A stretch of DNA of 64,000 nucleotides from a virus. Position 1 is the first letter of the stretch; each line of letters opens with the position of its first letter. Below are positions 38,261-47,466 of this stretch, piece by piece. The notes beneath the pieces were generated by a model, which saw nothing but the letters and a program-made list of their open reading frames with translations, made no database searches and was not told where the DNA came from. The position numbers were made by a program, and so were the translations under genes. Location: positions 1 through 64,000 of the IMG/VR virus record IMGVR_UViG_3300047323_000694; one strand, 5' to 3'.

Positions 38261-38617
38261 ATGTGCATCGACTACGACGCCGAGAACTGGCTCGGCAATC
38301 CGACCCGGGAAGAAATGCTCGAGCACCATAACAAGCTGATCGAGGCAGAGAACGAACTCCTGCGCCAGGAGGTTGACCGGTACCGGAAGAACCAGGCCAA
38401 GCTGATCGACATGGTTTCGGCATTGACGATCGAACGTGATCGGTTGGGCAAGGATCTGGAAACCACAAAAACACGCTTGTCTGAAACCAGCAGCCAGAGC
38501 TATGAAAGGATGCGGGAGATCAGCGAGCTACAGCGCGTCGTATCACAGCGGGATGCGATCATGCGTCATTACGGAGTGCCTGAGGTCCTTTTCGGGTCGC
38601 CGCGCACTGAATCATAA
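38261..38617 (+). CDS. SOS-regulated coiled-coil protein
   Basis: Heptad-rich; downstream of the LexA box. Confidence 0.7.
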   Translation: MCIDYDAENWLGNPTREEMLEHHNKLIEAENELLRQEVDRYRKNQAKLIDMVSALTIERDRLGKDLETTKTRLSETSSQSYERMREISELQRVVSQRDAIMRHYGVPEVLFGSPRTES

Positions 38618-39102
38618 GCCGCCTCACACGCCAGCCCAGCTATTCGGGAAGAATCAGCGATTGCTGCCAGTTCCCGATTTCTTTGGACAGATTTGTCGAG
38701 CAGTCCGGCGAGCAGATCTGCGGAAGTGTCCCTTGGCGCGCAGCTGGTGCCAGAGCTGGAATTGCTGCGGGCGCGACCGGTGGCGAGTAGTTGCTCGACT
38801 TGCTTGCGCAGCCCGTCAGCAGCAGTAGAGGCAGTAGCAGCAGTAGCGCGGGCCTGATCGAGTCGTTTCGTTGCATCGGTCTGTACCTCTTCCATCTGGG
38901 ATTGGCGGGATTGTTCGAGGGCGCGGGCGACTTCGGTGGCCTTGAGCGTTGCCGCGGTATCGGCCTTGTCGCGGTCTGACCACTTCGCCTGCCACCGGGC
39001 ATCAGTGACGGTCACGCCGTGGTGATAGGCGCCGTAGAGAATCCCGGCGATGGACAGCAGGATCAGTAGCGCCGCCCCGGCTTTGGCATAGAGGGTGCTC
39101 AT
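38569..39102 (-). CDS. Rz: i-spanin (DUF2514)
   Basis: TM plus coiled coil, AGLACEAAY motif. Confidence 0.85.
   Translation of the reverse strand: MSTLYAKAGAALLILLSIAGILYGAYHHGVTVTDARWQAKWSDRDKADTAATLKATEVARALEQSRQSQMEEVQTDATKRLDQARATAATASTAADGLRKQVEQLLATGRARSNSSSGTSCAPRDTSADLLAGLLDKSVQRNRELAAIADSSRIAGLACEAAYDSVRGDPKRTSGTP
38640..38876 (-). CDS. Rz1: Embedded o-spanin lipoprotein
   Basis: Lipobox LLTGC, Pro/Ala-rich, CSPDC. Confidence 0.8.
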   Translation of the reverse strand: MQRNDSIRPALLLLLPLLLLTGCASKSSNYSPPVAPAAIPALAPAARQGTLPQICSPDCSTNLSKEIGNWQQSLILPE

Positions 39103-39704
39103 GCCAGCACCTTGAGCGCCTGCGAATACAGCGCCTGCCGGTCAGCGAGACCATTTGTGCCGCCGTTGATTCGCTTGGTGATGCCGATCAGATCCCCGGC
39201 GTCGGCCAGCTTGTTCAGCCCATTGATCGACGAGAACCATGCTGCTGACATCGCGGCATTCGCCGGCTGCTCGATCAATTCAGGGTGCGCGACCAGATCC
39301 AGGCCTAGGGCATCGCCGCATTCCTTGTAGTTCGACTTCCCGGTGATCTGGATCAGGCCGCGACCGCGATAGGTCCAGCCGTCACCCAGCGCCGTGTTGC
39401 CCATGCGGGCGGCGTAGACCACGTTCGCGATGCGCTCAGGCTGCCGGGCGAACTGCGCAGCCAACCCAGCATCAAACCGGGCGGGCCACGTCGCCACCAA
39501 CGCATCGGCGCTGTAGTTCAGGTTTTCGACCAGTCGGGTCAGCTGGGCCGACTCATGGCCGACCTGCGCGATGAATGCCGCGATACGCAGTCGTGTGATG
39601 ATCTGGTACTTGCCCATGGCCGTATTCAGCACAGGCGTGAAAGCTGCCGCCACCTTCGCCGAGTTCGGCAGGATCGCGACAAGCTGGGACTGGGTGATTG
39701 GCAT
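39099..39704 (-). CDS. GH19 endolysin
   Basis: FIAQVGHES, YRGRGLIQITG and INGG.NGL.DR motifs. Confidence 0.93.
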   Translation of the reverse strand: MPITQSQLVAILPNSAKVAAAFTPVLNTAMGKYQIITRLRIAAFIAQVGHESAQLTRLVENLNYSADALVATWPARFDAGLAAQFARQPERIANVVYAARMGNTALGDGWTYRGRGLIQITGKSNYKECGDALGLDLVAHPELIEQPANAAMSAAWFSSINGLNKLADAGDLIGITKRINGGTNGLADRQALYSQALKVLA

Positions 39705-39771
39705 TCCACTTTCCTCAAGACGAAAAAAAGCCCGCTCAAGGCAGGCTCTGTGGCTGTATCGGTTTGGCAAG

Positions 39772-40335
39772 CTATGTCGCTGGCTGAACCACTGCCGAGG
39801 TTTCGTTGGTGTAGGGCTCAGGCTGTACCGGCCACGCCGGGGCGCTTGGCCATGTCGCTTGAGTCGATACACGGCCCAGCTTCACGTTGTAGCTGTTCCA
39901 CGACTTGAGCTGGGCTTTGCGCACCGGCAATTCTGCGATTTCAGCCGCAGACGGTTCGATGTAGTCCTCGTCGTCAGGGTCTTGCTGGTTGATCAGGTAG
40001 TCGAGGGTGTTGACTCGGCCTTGTAGGGCGGTGACTTGGGCGTTTGCTTGGCGGCTCAAGGCGTTCAGCTTGTCGGTATTGACCTCAAGCCATTGAGCGC
40101 TAGTGGCAGGAATAATGACCCAAGCCTGGTAAGCATGACCATCCACAATACGAACTGCCCCAGCAGCGTAGGTGTCTGGTGCGACTACAGTCGGTCGCGG
40201 ATCCTCTTCTAGCACTGCGAAACCATACTCAAGCAAGGCCTCATTTCCGACATCAGGAGGAAATCCGGTTAAAGGGAATAACTCCTGAAGCTGAATAGCA
40301 TTGATAACTTCTAAGGTAGCCAAATTTACGTACAT
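39772..40335 (-). CDS. Tail fiber assembly-like protein
   Basis: C-terminal W..Y.V.LGRV..WP..P.WP motif. Confidence 0.7.
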   Translation of the reverse strand: MYVNLATLEVINAIQLQELFPLTGFPPDVGNEALLEYGFAVLEEDPRPTVVAPDTYAAGAVRIVDGHAYQAWVIIPATSAQWLEVNTDKLNALSRQANAQVTALQGRVNTLDYLINQQDPDDEDYIEPSAAEIAELPVRKAQLKSWNSYNVKLGRVSTQATWPSAPAWPVQPEPYTNETSAVVQPAT

Positions 40336-40343
40336 GTTTTCAC

Positions 40344-41390
40344 CTAAGTCTTAGCTATTCTGGATGAAACGTTACCAGCAGAATATGAAGCGTCTGTAGA
40401 TAAGTTTAAATAGAACGGCCCGCACTGCGCGCCGCCACCGTAAGAGCCACCGAAATAAAGAACTGCCGAAGCTCCGGCTGAATAACGATCGCCGGTAGCC
40501 CCGTCTGTTTGAGTGGCACTAGTTGAAGAGGGAACAAATGACGTCCTCAGGTCGTATCCAGTACCGGTAGCCGCCGAAAATGCGGTTGGGTAGCCGCTTA
40601 CGGGAAGCGTAAGCGACGTACCAACATAGCTGGAATTCCCTGAGTTATCCCAAATCATGCAGCCCATACTTGAGCTAGAGCTTAAACCGTCTGCCATCTG
40701 CCAAACATTCGCCCAAAGTCCGACTATCCCCCTCCAAGTTGCTTGGGCGACGGTAGCGTTATTTACTTGTAGCGGCCCAAAATCAGCTGTCGAGTTTCCT
40801 TGCCCTAATACATTTTGCGCGTCAGGCGTCCCCAACTCTACAATAAGAAGCAGTTGTATGGCTGAAATCTGATGATAGCTCCATATGGTAAACCCAGTGA
40901 CAGACCCGGTGTTTCTAGCGCTAGCTCTGCTGCGCATTGTTGCGAAATCTAGATCAGCTATAGGGTATAGCCCGGGAAGCGAGCCAAGTTTTGACCCGTC
41001 TGCCACTGCCTGATATTTGCCAACCCATATCTGCGCTATAGGTGATCCTCCGCTCCAGAATGCGGGATGCCTGACAAATCCGGGAGATGCGGTATCAGAT
41101 ATCCACCAAACCCTCTTTCCTGTGTATGGGCCTGACGTCAAAGTATCGCCCTTAACAAAGAAGGCAGGAATTTTAATCATCGCCTGGCTATCTATCGTCT
41201 CCCCAATAATGGCGCTATATATAGGATGGCTAGCGAAATACCCTGCGCTCGGCGAAACGGCGTTCCCTAGCAAGTCGACTCTCTGCCAGACACCAGCGCC
41301 GCCGCTGCCTGCCGATATGAAAGCTATGCCGATTATCGGGGATGTAGTCGCCGCCGACGAAATCCTTCGCAACGCCGCAGCCAGCCTCAT
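40344..41390 (-). CDS. Receptor-binding protein with FGE/C-type-lectin-like fold
   Basis: M.KIP.F, VGKYQA, GLWANVWQ..DG and GGSY..G..CGPF.LN..S..V.SR motifs; lower GC. Confidence 0.6.
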   Translation of the reverse strand: MRLAAALRRISSAATTSPIIGIAFISAGSGGAGVWQRVDLLGNAVSPSAGYFASHPIYSAIIGETIDSQAMIKIPAFFVKGDTLTSGPYTGKRVWWISDTASPGFVRHPAFWSGGSPIAQIWVGKYQAVADGSKLGSLPGLYPIADLDFATMRSRASARNTGSVTGFTIWSYHQISAIQLLLIVELGTPDAQNVLGQGNSTADFGPLQVNNATVAQATWRGIVGLWANVWQMADGLSSSSSMGCMIWDNSGNSSYVGTSLTLPVSGYPTAFSAATGTGYDLRTSFVPSSTSATQTDGATGDRYSAGASAVLYFGGSYGGGAQCGPFYLNLSTDASYSAGNVSSRIAKT

Positions 41391-41764
41391 GTCGAAGGCC
41401 CCGCATACAGATTCCACGCCGTCCCGTTGACCGTGGAGTAAATGTACTCGGCCAGCTTGCTCGCAGCAGGCGTGGCTGGAGTCGTGCCGCCTGACGTGAT
41501 TGGGGTCGTGCCTGTCGGCTGCGTCAGCGTGTACGCTGTCGAGCCTTGGCGAACCCGGACAAGCACGGTGTACGTTTCCCCGGACGGCGTTGGCACATTG
41601 GAGAATGCCAGGGTGGCATTCCCCGTCAGCGTGATATCGAAGATCGACCCCAGCGAGCAATCCAGCGTTACGGTTCCGGTAGCGGTCGCGTTCGTGACGG
41701 TCTTGTCAAAGTAGCCGACGGCGCTGAGCAGCCGTACAACTAGTTTTGCTCCGACGAAGTTCAT
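41387..41764 (-). CDS. Tail fiber adaptor-like protein
   Basis: LD.S.GS.F.ITLTGN.TL.FSN.P beta-rich motif. Confidence 0.6.
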   Translation of the reverse strand: MNFVGAKLVVRLLSAVGYFDKTVTNATATGTVTLDCSLGSIFDITLTGNATLAFSNVPTPSGETYTVLVRVRQGSTAYTLTQPTGTTPITSGGTTPATPAASKLAEYIYSTVNGTAWNLYAGPST

Positions 41765-42487
41765 TTACGCCACCACGGTGACGCGGTACTGGCCGGTCGT
41801 AGGCGCAGTGCCGAACGTGAGCTGCACCGTGTTCACGCCGTTAGCCACGTTGTCGACGATGACCTGCTCGTTCGAGCTGACCAGGCGGACCATGACCAGC
41901 ACGTCCTGAGTGTTCAGGTTGTGCGTGAAGGTGATAGTGGTTGCCGTGCCGTCGCCAATGGTGGCTGAGGCTTTACGAGCGACGACAGTAGGGTCGACAG
42001 CGATAACGCCGCTGGTGATGGTGACGCCATTGCCTGCGGTGTACGTTGCCCCGCCGCCAATCTGGGCGAATACCAGCGCTGTGGTGCCTATGGTGATTGG
42101 CGCGTCGGTAGTTTGCAGCCAGATGGTGTTGCCCAGTGTTGTGCCTTCGCTGATGAAGGTCGCGGCAGCCAAAGCCTCGGCGCCGGTGTCGAAGTCAGTC
42201 GCGCGGGTCCATGCGCCAGTGGCGGCAAGGTAGATACCATTTCCGGAACCTGCGGTTTGGCTCTTAACCAGCACACGGTCACCGGCAACAACGGAAACAC
42301 CATCGATGGTCTGGGCGCCGGACAGGGTGATGTTGGCTGTGGTAGCCGCACGCACTGGCTGCTTCCACGAAAAGCCCTGGATGGCTGCCTGAAGCTGGGC
42401 GTATGTCACTGCGTCTTGCGGGTTAACGGCGTCCTTCAAGTTGATGAAAGCAAAGCCACTACCATCCAGCGTGTTCGTGATTTTCAT
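41765..42487 (-). CDS. Virion/tail fiber protein
   Basis: QDAVT..W K.PVRAATT.NITLSG.QTIDGV..GDRVLVK.QT..NGIY motif. Confidence 0.75.
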   Translation of the reverse strand: MKITNTLDGSGFAFINLKDAVNPQDAVTYAQLQAAIQGFSWKQPVRAATTANITLSGAQTIDGVSVVAGDRVLVKSQTAGSGNGIYLAATGAWTRATDFDTGAEALAAATFISEGTTLGNTIWLQTTDAPITIGTTALVFAQIGGGATYTAGNGVTITSGVIAVDPTVVARKASATIGDGTATTITFTHNLNTQDVLVMVRLVSSNEQVIVDNVANGVNTVQLTFGTAPTTGQYRVTVVA

Positions 42488-42498
42488 GCGGGTCTACC

Positions 42499-43497
42499 TC
42501 AGTTTAAGTACGCCTTGCCTGCGTAGGCCGCGCCATGGGTTACTTGGACGGTGTTCGAGTCGACGTAGGAAACGTCGGGCACAATGACGTTACCGAGGGT
42601 GTCGACGACGGTCACTGATGGGTATCGGTTCAGGTTATGCGGGATGGTCCAGGTCGCGAGCGCGCTGGCCTGGGTGAACGTGTAGGTGCTGGCGCCGCCG
42701 GAGCCGGACGAAGCCAGTGCAGTGCCGTCCGCTCGCTGATAGCTGATGCAGCGCCAAGCTGTTGCGCCATCAGCCTGCACGATCATGGCGTCACCGTTCT
42801 GCACGGTGATGTTTGCGTGGGTAGGCAGTGTCAGATTGTTGCTGTGGACCAGCACCATGCCCGGCGCTACAAAGACGATTCGGCGGACGGCGCCATTAGT
42901 GGTGACAGAGGGATCTGCGATGCCGTAGATCATGTCCCCAACGGAGCCGCCCACGAAAGCCGAGTTGCCGTTAGCGCCGAATGTGACGATCCCAGAGATT
43001 ATGCCGGCCGAGCCGTATGCCTCGTTTAGCGGGCCGGTCATCTGGCCGCCAGCCAATGGAAGCTTGGTTGGGTCTGGGGCGCCAATCAATGGCGTGCCGT
43101 CATACCGGCTATAGGCCAACATCTTGGCTTCATTGCCGGTCCCGGTCTTTTGGAAGATTGCTACATCTCCCGCGTGCGTGAGGATGTCGGCCTGGGAGAG
43201 ATTCAGCAGGTGATAGCCATTCGCTGCGTTGTGAGTAAGCGTTAGCGAGCCGCCAAACGTTACACGCCAAGTGGTGCCAGATGGCGTAGCGCCTGCCCCC
43301 ATATCAAAACCGGTCACGGTGCTGGTGCCGGTGAGCAATATGTTATTGCTATTTGCGGCCTCCAAGCTCGGGAAGCTACCGCTAGCCACGGAAACCATTT
43401 CCGGCCCATAAAGAGCCCCGCGCAGCAGTAGCGCGTCGCCGACCGGGATCTGAACGGGCTGCCCGTCCTTGCGAACCAGCGTCAGACGGGAGGCCAT
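42499..43497 (-). CDS. Virion/tail fiber protein
   Basis: Two internal repeats, KLPLAGG.MTG, C-terminal W.I.HNL.RYPSV. Confidence 0.7.
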   Translation of the reverse strand: MASRLTLVRKDGQPVQIPVGDALLLRGALYGPEMVSVASGSFPSLEAANSNNILLTGTSTVTGFDMGAGATPSGTTWRVTFGGSLTLTHNAANGYHLLNLSQADILTHAGDVAIFQKTGTGNEAKMLAYSRYDGTPLIGAPDPTKLPLAGGQMTGPLNEAYGSAGIISGIVTFGANGNSAFVGGSVGDMIYGIADPSVTTNGAVRRIVFVAPGMVLVHSNNLTLPTHANITVQNGDAMIVQADGATAWRCISYQRADGTALASSGSGGASTYTFTQASALATWTIPHNLNRYPSVTVVDTLGNVIVPDVSYVDSNTVQVTHGAAYAGKAYLN

Positions 43498-44012
43498 TAC
43501 AGCACCACGTAGTCGTAGTCGTCGGTGTCCAGCTCAGTCGCCGACAGCGCTACGCCGATCTTCTGGTCAATAGTGCCTGAGGTTGCCGTGGTCGCGTCCA
43601 GTGCGGGAGTGATGACGCCGCCAGCAGTGCCGAGGTAGTAAGTGGCGCCCAGGGTCAGGCCGGTCAGTTGCGAGTTCACGCCATCGAGGTCGTAAACCGA
43701 GGCGTTACCGCCGGACGCCACGGCGGCAAGCACATAGCCATGAGCCGGGCGACCGTTCGAGTTGTCAGCCAAACGCACATTCACCACACCGGCATTGGAG
43801 AAGATGTTGACCAACTTCCCGGCCGCAATGGCCTCGCTCGCCGGAATGGATCGGCTGGATGGGCCGCTGCCTGCGTTGTACAGGGTCGGGTCCAGCTTGC
43901 CGTCAGCACCCAAGGCTGGAATCTTCCCGGCATCAGCAGAGCCTGCCGACGTGGTGATGGGGGTGTACTGCTGATTCTGGCCATTTACCCGGCGAAGAAC
44001 TTTGTCTACCAC
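43497..44012 (-). CDS. Virion structural protein
   Basis: GLT.GATYYL..G..QKIGVA motif; coupled to neighbours. Confidence 0.65.
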   Translation of the reverse strand: MVDKVLRRVNGQNQQYTPITTSAGSADAGKIPALGADGKLDPTLYNAGSGPSSRSIPASEAIAAGKLVNIFSNAGVVNVRLADNSNGRPAHGYVLAAVASGGNASVYDLDGVNSQLTGLTLGATYYLGTAGGVITPALDATTATSGTIDQKIGVALSATELDTDDYDYVVL

Positions 44013-44021
44013 GATATGCTC

Positions 44022-44489
44022 CTACGCCAGTAAAACCGGCTCATTGAGGTCGATATAAAGGCGTGTCGCGCTGGTGGCGAAGCCAATGATGAAGTCCCAG
44101 CCGGAGGTCGGCGGGGTTTGAGTGAGTGCGCCAGTTGGGCTGCACCAGACGACGCCCTCAGTCCACGACCACGATTGATCGTCGATGAAGCCTTGCGTCT
44201 GGATGCTGATGTCGGTGCCGGTGGTGGCGGATGTGATAGCCAGGCCGAGCGCTTGGAATACAGAAAGGGTCTGCGGATCGACCGCGAAGACCTTAGCCTG
44301 TGATTCGTAGACGACGCGCAAGGCGCTGATGGTTGCGCCAGCGGTGCGGACGATGGTCTGGATGCCGCCGCCCGTGTCGGTGCCGGGCCTGCCCTGTGCG
44401 CCGCGCTGGCCCACCATGATGGTGAATGCGCCGCCATCCTGACGAACGCTGCAGCACGTCGAGCCCCGAACCACGAAGGCCGAGTTCAT
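44022..44489 (-). CDS. Virion structural protein
   Basis: WSWT.G..G.LTQTPP..G..IG.A motif. Confidence 0.6.
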   Translation of the reverse strand: MNSAFVVRGSTCCSVRQDGGAFTIMVGQRGAQGRPGTDTGGGIQTIVRTAGATISALRVVYESQAKVFAVDPQTLSVFQALGLAITSATTGTDISIQTQGFIDDQSWSWTEGVVWCSPTGALTQTPPTSGWDFIIGFATSATRLYIDLNEPVLLA

Positions 44490-45091
44490 TTGGTCACCTC
44501 GGCGCCGACACTGACCTTGCTGATGGCTGTAATCGGATAGACGTTGCCCCCAGGGGTGATCAGTTCGAGGTCGTAGACGCCGCGCGTCCAGTCAATGGCT
44601 GCGGTTACGATCGGGCTCAGACGGACGACCAGCGCAGCCAGGGCCTCGTCGATATCGATCTCGCCATCCGGATCAGTCGAGGAATCCGAACTCAGGGTCA
44701 GTAGGATCTTGCCGTCTACCTTGTCGCGGATCTGCATCCGAGCAGAGCAGCCCGTCAGGTCGAAAGGGCGATTGAAGATGACCAGGCCGCCAGCGGTGTA
44801 AGTGCGCCAGGAGTCGGCCCGGACGGCGTTCAACTCGATGACGCTGGGACTGAAGGTGGACGCGAAGTAGAAGCTGTCGTCTTCGCTGTTCAACTCTTCA
44901 GGCTGACGAACGCCCTCGATGCGGACCGGCCAGCCATCAGGGATTTCATGATTGGCGACAGTCAGGCGTACAGGCGCTGTGTTCGGCATGCCAGTAATAG
45001 GCAGATAGACCAGCTCCTTGTCCGCATAGCGGTACATGAACTCGAATGTCTTGCCTCTGACGATGTTGATGTCGACGACGGGGGCGCCCAT
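44486..45091 (-). CDS. Virion structural protein (BppU-like)
   Basis: DLTG..ARMQIR and GVYDLEL motifs. Confidence 0.65.
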   Translation of the reverse strand: MGAPVVDINIVRGKTFEFMYRYADKELVYLPITGMPNTAPVRLTVANHEIPDGWPVRIEGVRQPEELNSEDDSFYFASTFSPSVIELNAVRADSWRTYTAGGLVIFNRPFDLTGCSARMQIRDKVDGKILLTLSSDSSTDPDGEIDIDEALAALVVRLSPIVTAAIDWTRGVYDLELITPGGNVYPITAISKVSVGAEVTK

Positions 45092-45204
45092 GGAAATCTC
45101 CTGCGATTTCCGTGGACGTTATGTGGCTGGACTCTTTACGCAACAGCGACTCACAAGGAATCGCGGGCAACAAAAAGCCCGCACTTGGCGGGCTTGCAAT
45201 AAAG

Positions 45205-45717
45205 CTACGATTCCTCTTCGGTTCCCGTAGGCTCTACCTGAACATCGTATGGGGAGCATTGTGCCAGCAAGGCCGAAAAATCACCTGGAACCTTTCCGGC
45301 ATTCAGCATCGAGGCGAAGACGGCATATACATCATGCTTGTCACCATCTTTGCGTATCGAATCTAGATCATTCAGCCATACGTAAATGATGGTTTTAGGA
45401 GCATCGGTGCGGAACTGGAAAAACAGTCTGTAGCGAGGTGCCATTCCTTGCTTCTTGACCCTAAACCAATGCTTGTTGGATTTTCCTAGCTTATTCCCCT
45501 GTCGATAATTCGGATGCGCAGGGTCATTGGGCACATTCACCCGCACATTCTCATCGATTGCTTCAAGAAGCTTGAAAGATGGGTGGCGATGAAACCCATC
45601 TGGATTGCTTTGAGCGGCGCGCTCAACCTCTTGGGTTAATTGCTCTAGGCGCTCAAGAAAAAAAGGGTGAGCATAAAGAGCCCACCCGTTTACGATATGC
45701 AATGAGCTTTCAGGCAT
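45205..45717 (-). CDS. yhaV: YhaV-family (RelE-like) toxin
   Basis: NGW..YAHP.F, P.DP..YRQG..LG..W.R.K..RYRLFF and W.ND..RK motifs. Confidence 0.88.
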   Translation of the reverse strand: MPESSLHIVNGWALYAHPFFLERLEQLTQEVERAAQSNPDGFHRHPSFKLLEAIDENVRVNVPNDPAHPNYRQGNKLGKSNKHWFRVKKQGMAPRYRLFFQFRTDAPKTIIYVWLNDLDSIRKDGDKHDVYAVFASMLNAGKVPGDFSALLAQCSPYDVQVEPTGTEEES

Positions 45718-45723
45718 AAATTG

Positions 45724-45924
45724 TTAGCCTTCTTGTAGCTCGCTTCGACGATTTTGGTCAGCTTTTGCGCGAAGAGCCTGGATGCGATTCAGCAGCCCGC
45801 TCGGGATGGGCTTTACGCTGTCGGGATTGCTCGCAATATCATCATGAAGCAAATCAAGAAATCCGGCATCAGCTTCGCGTTCTGCTTTCTTTTTCGCGAA
45901 AGAAGCAACATTACTATGAGACAC
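45724..45924 (-). CDS. prlF: PrlF-like antitoxin, C-terminal part only
   Basis: FL.LL..DI..NP..V..I..L.RI..L; 66 aa; upstream of yhaV. Confidence 0.7.
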   Translation of the reverse strand: MSHSNVASFAKKKAEREADAGFLDLLHDDIASNPDSVKPIPSGLLNRIQALRAKADQNRRSELQEG

Positions 45925-46035
45925 GGCGTCTCTCCCTATGGGGGTGTAAGCAATCTCTTTTCGAGATGATGGCCTCGTTAGCAGGCCCGCACGATCAATG
46001 CACGGCTTGTCTTGGGTGACACTGACGGCACCTGA

Positions 46036-46064
46036 ATTATGGGTACTAGTGCCACTTCATTCAA
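46036..46064 (-). promoter_or_regulatory. Sigma70 promoter for prlF-yhaV
   Basis: TTGAAT-17 bp-CATAAT on the minus strand. Confidence 0.55.
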
Positions 46065-46326
46065 GAGACAGCTTGGTTCAGAATGCCACACCTGCCGGGC
46101 TTCAGACCGTACGGCTCAATGAAACCAACGGCTTAGCCGTCCCGCGCCACGAAAAATATATTTTCGAAATGTGGCGCGAACGAACCGCTGGACGATTCAT
46201 CGTAGGAATCGGCGTAATTTTCATGGTTTTTTGCACGATTTAGCGCTGTATTGACCGTTTTGCAATTAATCTCAAAATCGAATTCGGCACCGGATTTACA
46301 AAATCCGATCGTTTCGGCGCCGGAAT

Positions 46327-46722
46327 TTAATACGCGTAACCGTTGCGACGGGCGTCCGCCTCAGCTTTGCGACGCTCGAAAGCTTCTTTGCGCTCCCTCT
46401 TAATCTCGCGCTTACCAACGGCAGTCGTGGTATCTGGAATCACCACGACTCCGCTGGTCCGTTGACCGCCCGACTCCATCCTGTTCTGGTGCGTCATCTG
46501 AGCTGCGCGCAATTGGCTTCGGACGATCTCTGCGCTGACGGCTTCAGGATTATCGAGGTGCGTATCGGCGGTCGGAGAGTAAAGTGTCGACTCTCCCTCC
46601 CATGCCGGGCATGGCGTGAAGGCAAAGCTGGTCTTACCTTCCCTGTCGACGCATTTGTAGGAGTCGGCCACTGCGGCCTGGCTGGCGAGTATTGAGACTA
46701 AAACGATTATCTTCCTGACCAT
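46327..46722 (-). CDS. DUF4124-domain exported protein
   Basis: Signal peptide plus YKCVD..G..F..PC. Confidence 0.75.
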   Translation of the reverse strand: MVRKIIVLVSILASQAAVADSYKCVDREGKTSFAFTPCPAWEGESTLYSPTADTHLDNPEAVSAEIVRSQLRAAQMTHQNRMESGGQRTSGVVVIPDTTTAVGKREIKRERKEAFERRKAEADARRNGYAY

Positions 46723-46764
46723 GGGTTTCTTCCTTGTGTTCGCCGCTTACTCTACCGAGCGGAT

Positions 46765-47187
46765 TCAGAAATGCACGCAATGCCCGAAATAGACGACATC
46801 ATCATCCGCGAACACAAATGGTTTCGCAGACTCATCTACATATTCAGCAATATTCAAGGCCTGCAATACCGTACCGGGCCCACCGCTCTGCTGGGACGTT
46901 ACCGCAGTTACCACCTTAAGCGCGTTTTCAGAGGAGCCGTAGTCGATGACTATTGGCTTTGTGATGTAGGCGTTCTTTAGGGCTCCGGACATCACTCCAT
47001 CAGCTCTGTTGACGGTGAAAACCTTGCCGATATAGCTATCCTGAAAAGTTTTCGCGACAGCGTCGTTGTCATGCATCGAGGATGTGACGCGCTTGATCGT
47101 GCACTGGTAATCAGGCATGCCTGTCATGGCGGCGGGCGCGGCCTGGCTGACAAGCAGCCCAGCAGCGAGGGCAATCATCCTGATCAT
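46765..47187 (-). CDS. Exported hypothetical protein
   Basis: Signal peptide; Cys pair (Y.C..I and G.C..F). Confidence 0.7.
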   Translation of the reverse strand: MIRMIALAAGLLVSQAAPAAMTGMPDYQCTIKRVTSSMHDNDAVAKTFQDSYIGKVFTVNRADGVMSGALKNAYITKPIVIDYGSSENALKVVTAVTSQQSGGPGTVLQALNIAEYVDESAKPFVFADDDVVYFGHCVHF

Positions 47188-47209
47188 TGAGTTGTCCTTG
47201 AGGTGTTAG

Positions 47210-47428
47210 CTATCTATTCGAGCGAAATCCTTCGATCACCCAGTTGATACCGGCGATCAGGGCGTATAGACAAACCACGGGCATGAGGACATACCAGAAG
47301 CAGTCATGAATCCATCTGGTGTTCTCAATGTTGACAGCGCCAGCGCCCAAGATCCAGATTACAGAAATCACCAGCCATAGACGGCGTAATCCAATTCTGT
47401 ACGACGGCTTCGAGTTGATATCGCGCAT
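47210..47428 (-). CDS. Small two-TM membrane protein (paralog A)
   Basis: MRDINSKPS..GLRRLWLV...WVIEGFR. Confidence 0.75.
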   Translation of the reverse strand: MRDINSKPSYRIGLRRLWLVISVIWILGAGAVNIENTRWIHDCFWYVLMPVVCLYALIAGINWVIEGFRSNR

Positions 47429-47466
47429 GGCGTCCTGATCCGGGGAGCAAGACGCCATCATAGTGG

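Noticed and set aside
40344-41390. Diversity-generating retroelement
   Set aside because: No reverse transcriptase, avd or template repeat is visible in the window
46074-46084. Partial gapped match (TG.TT.AG.AT) to the end of array unit 1
   Set aside because: Only four dinucleotides match and the upstream ones fail; expected by chance
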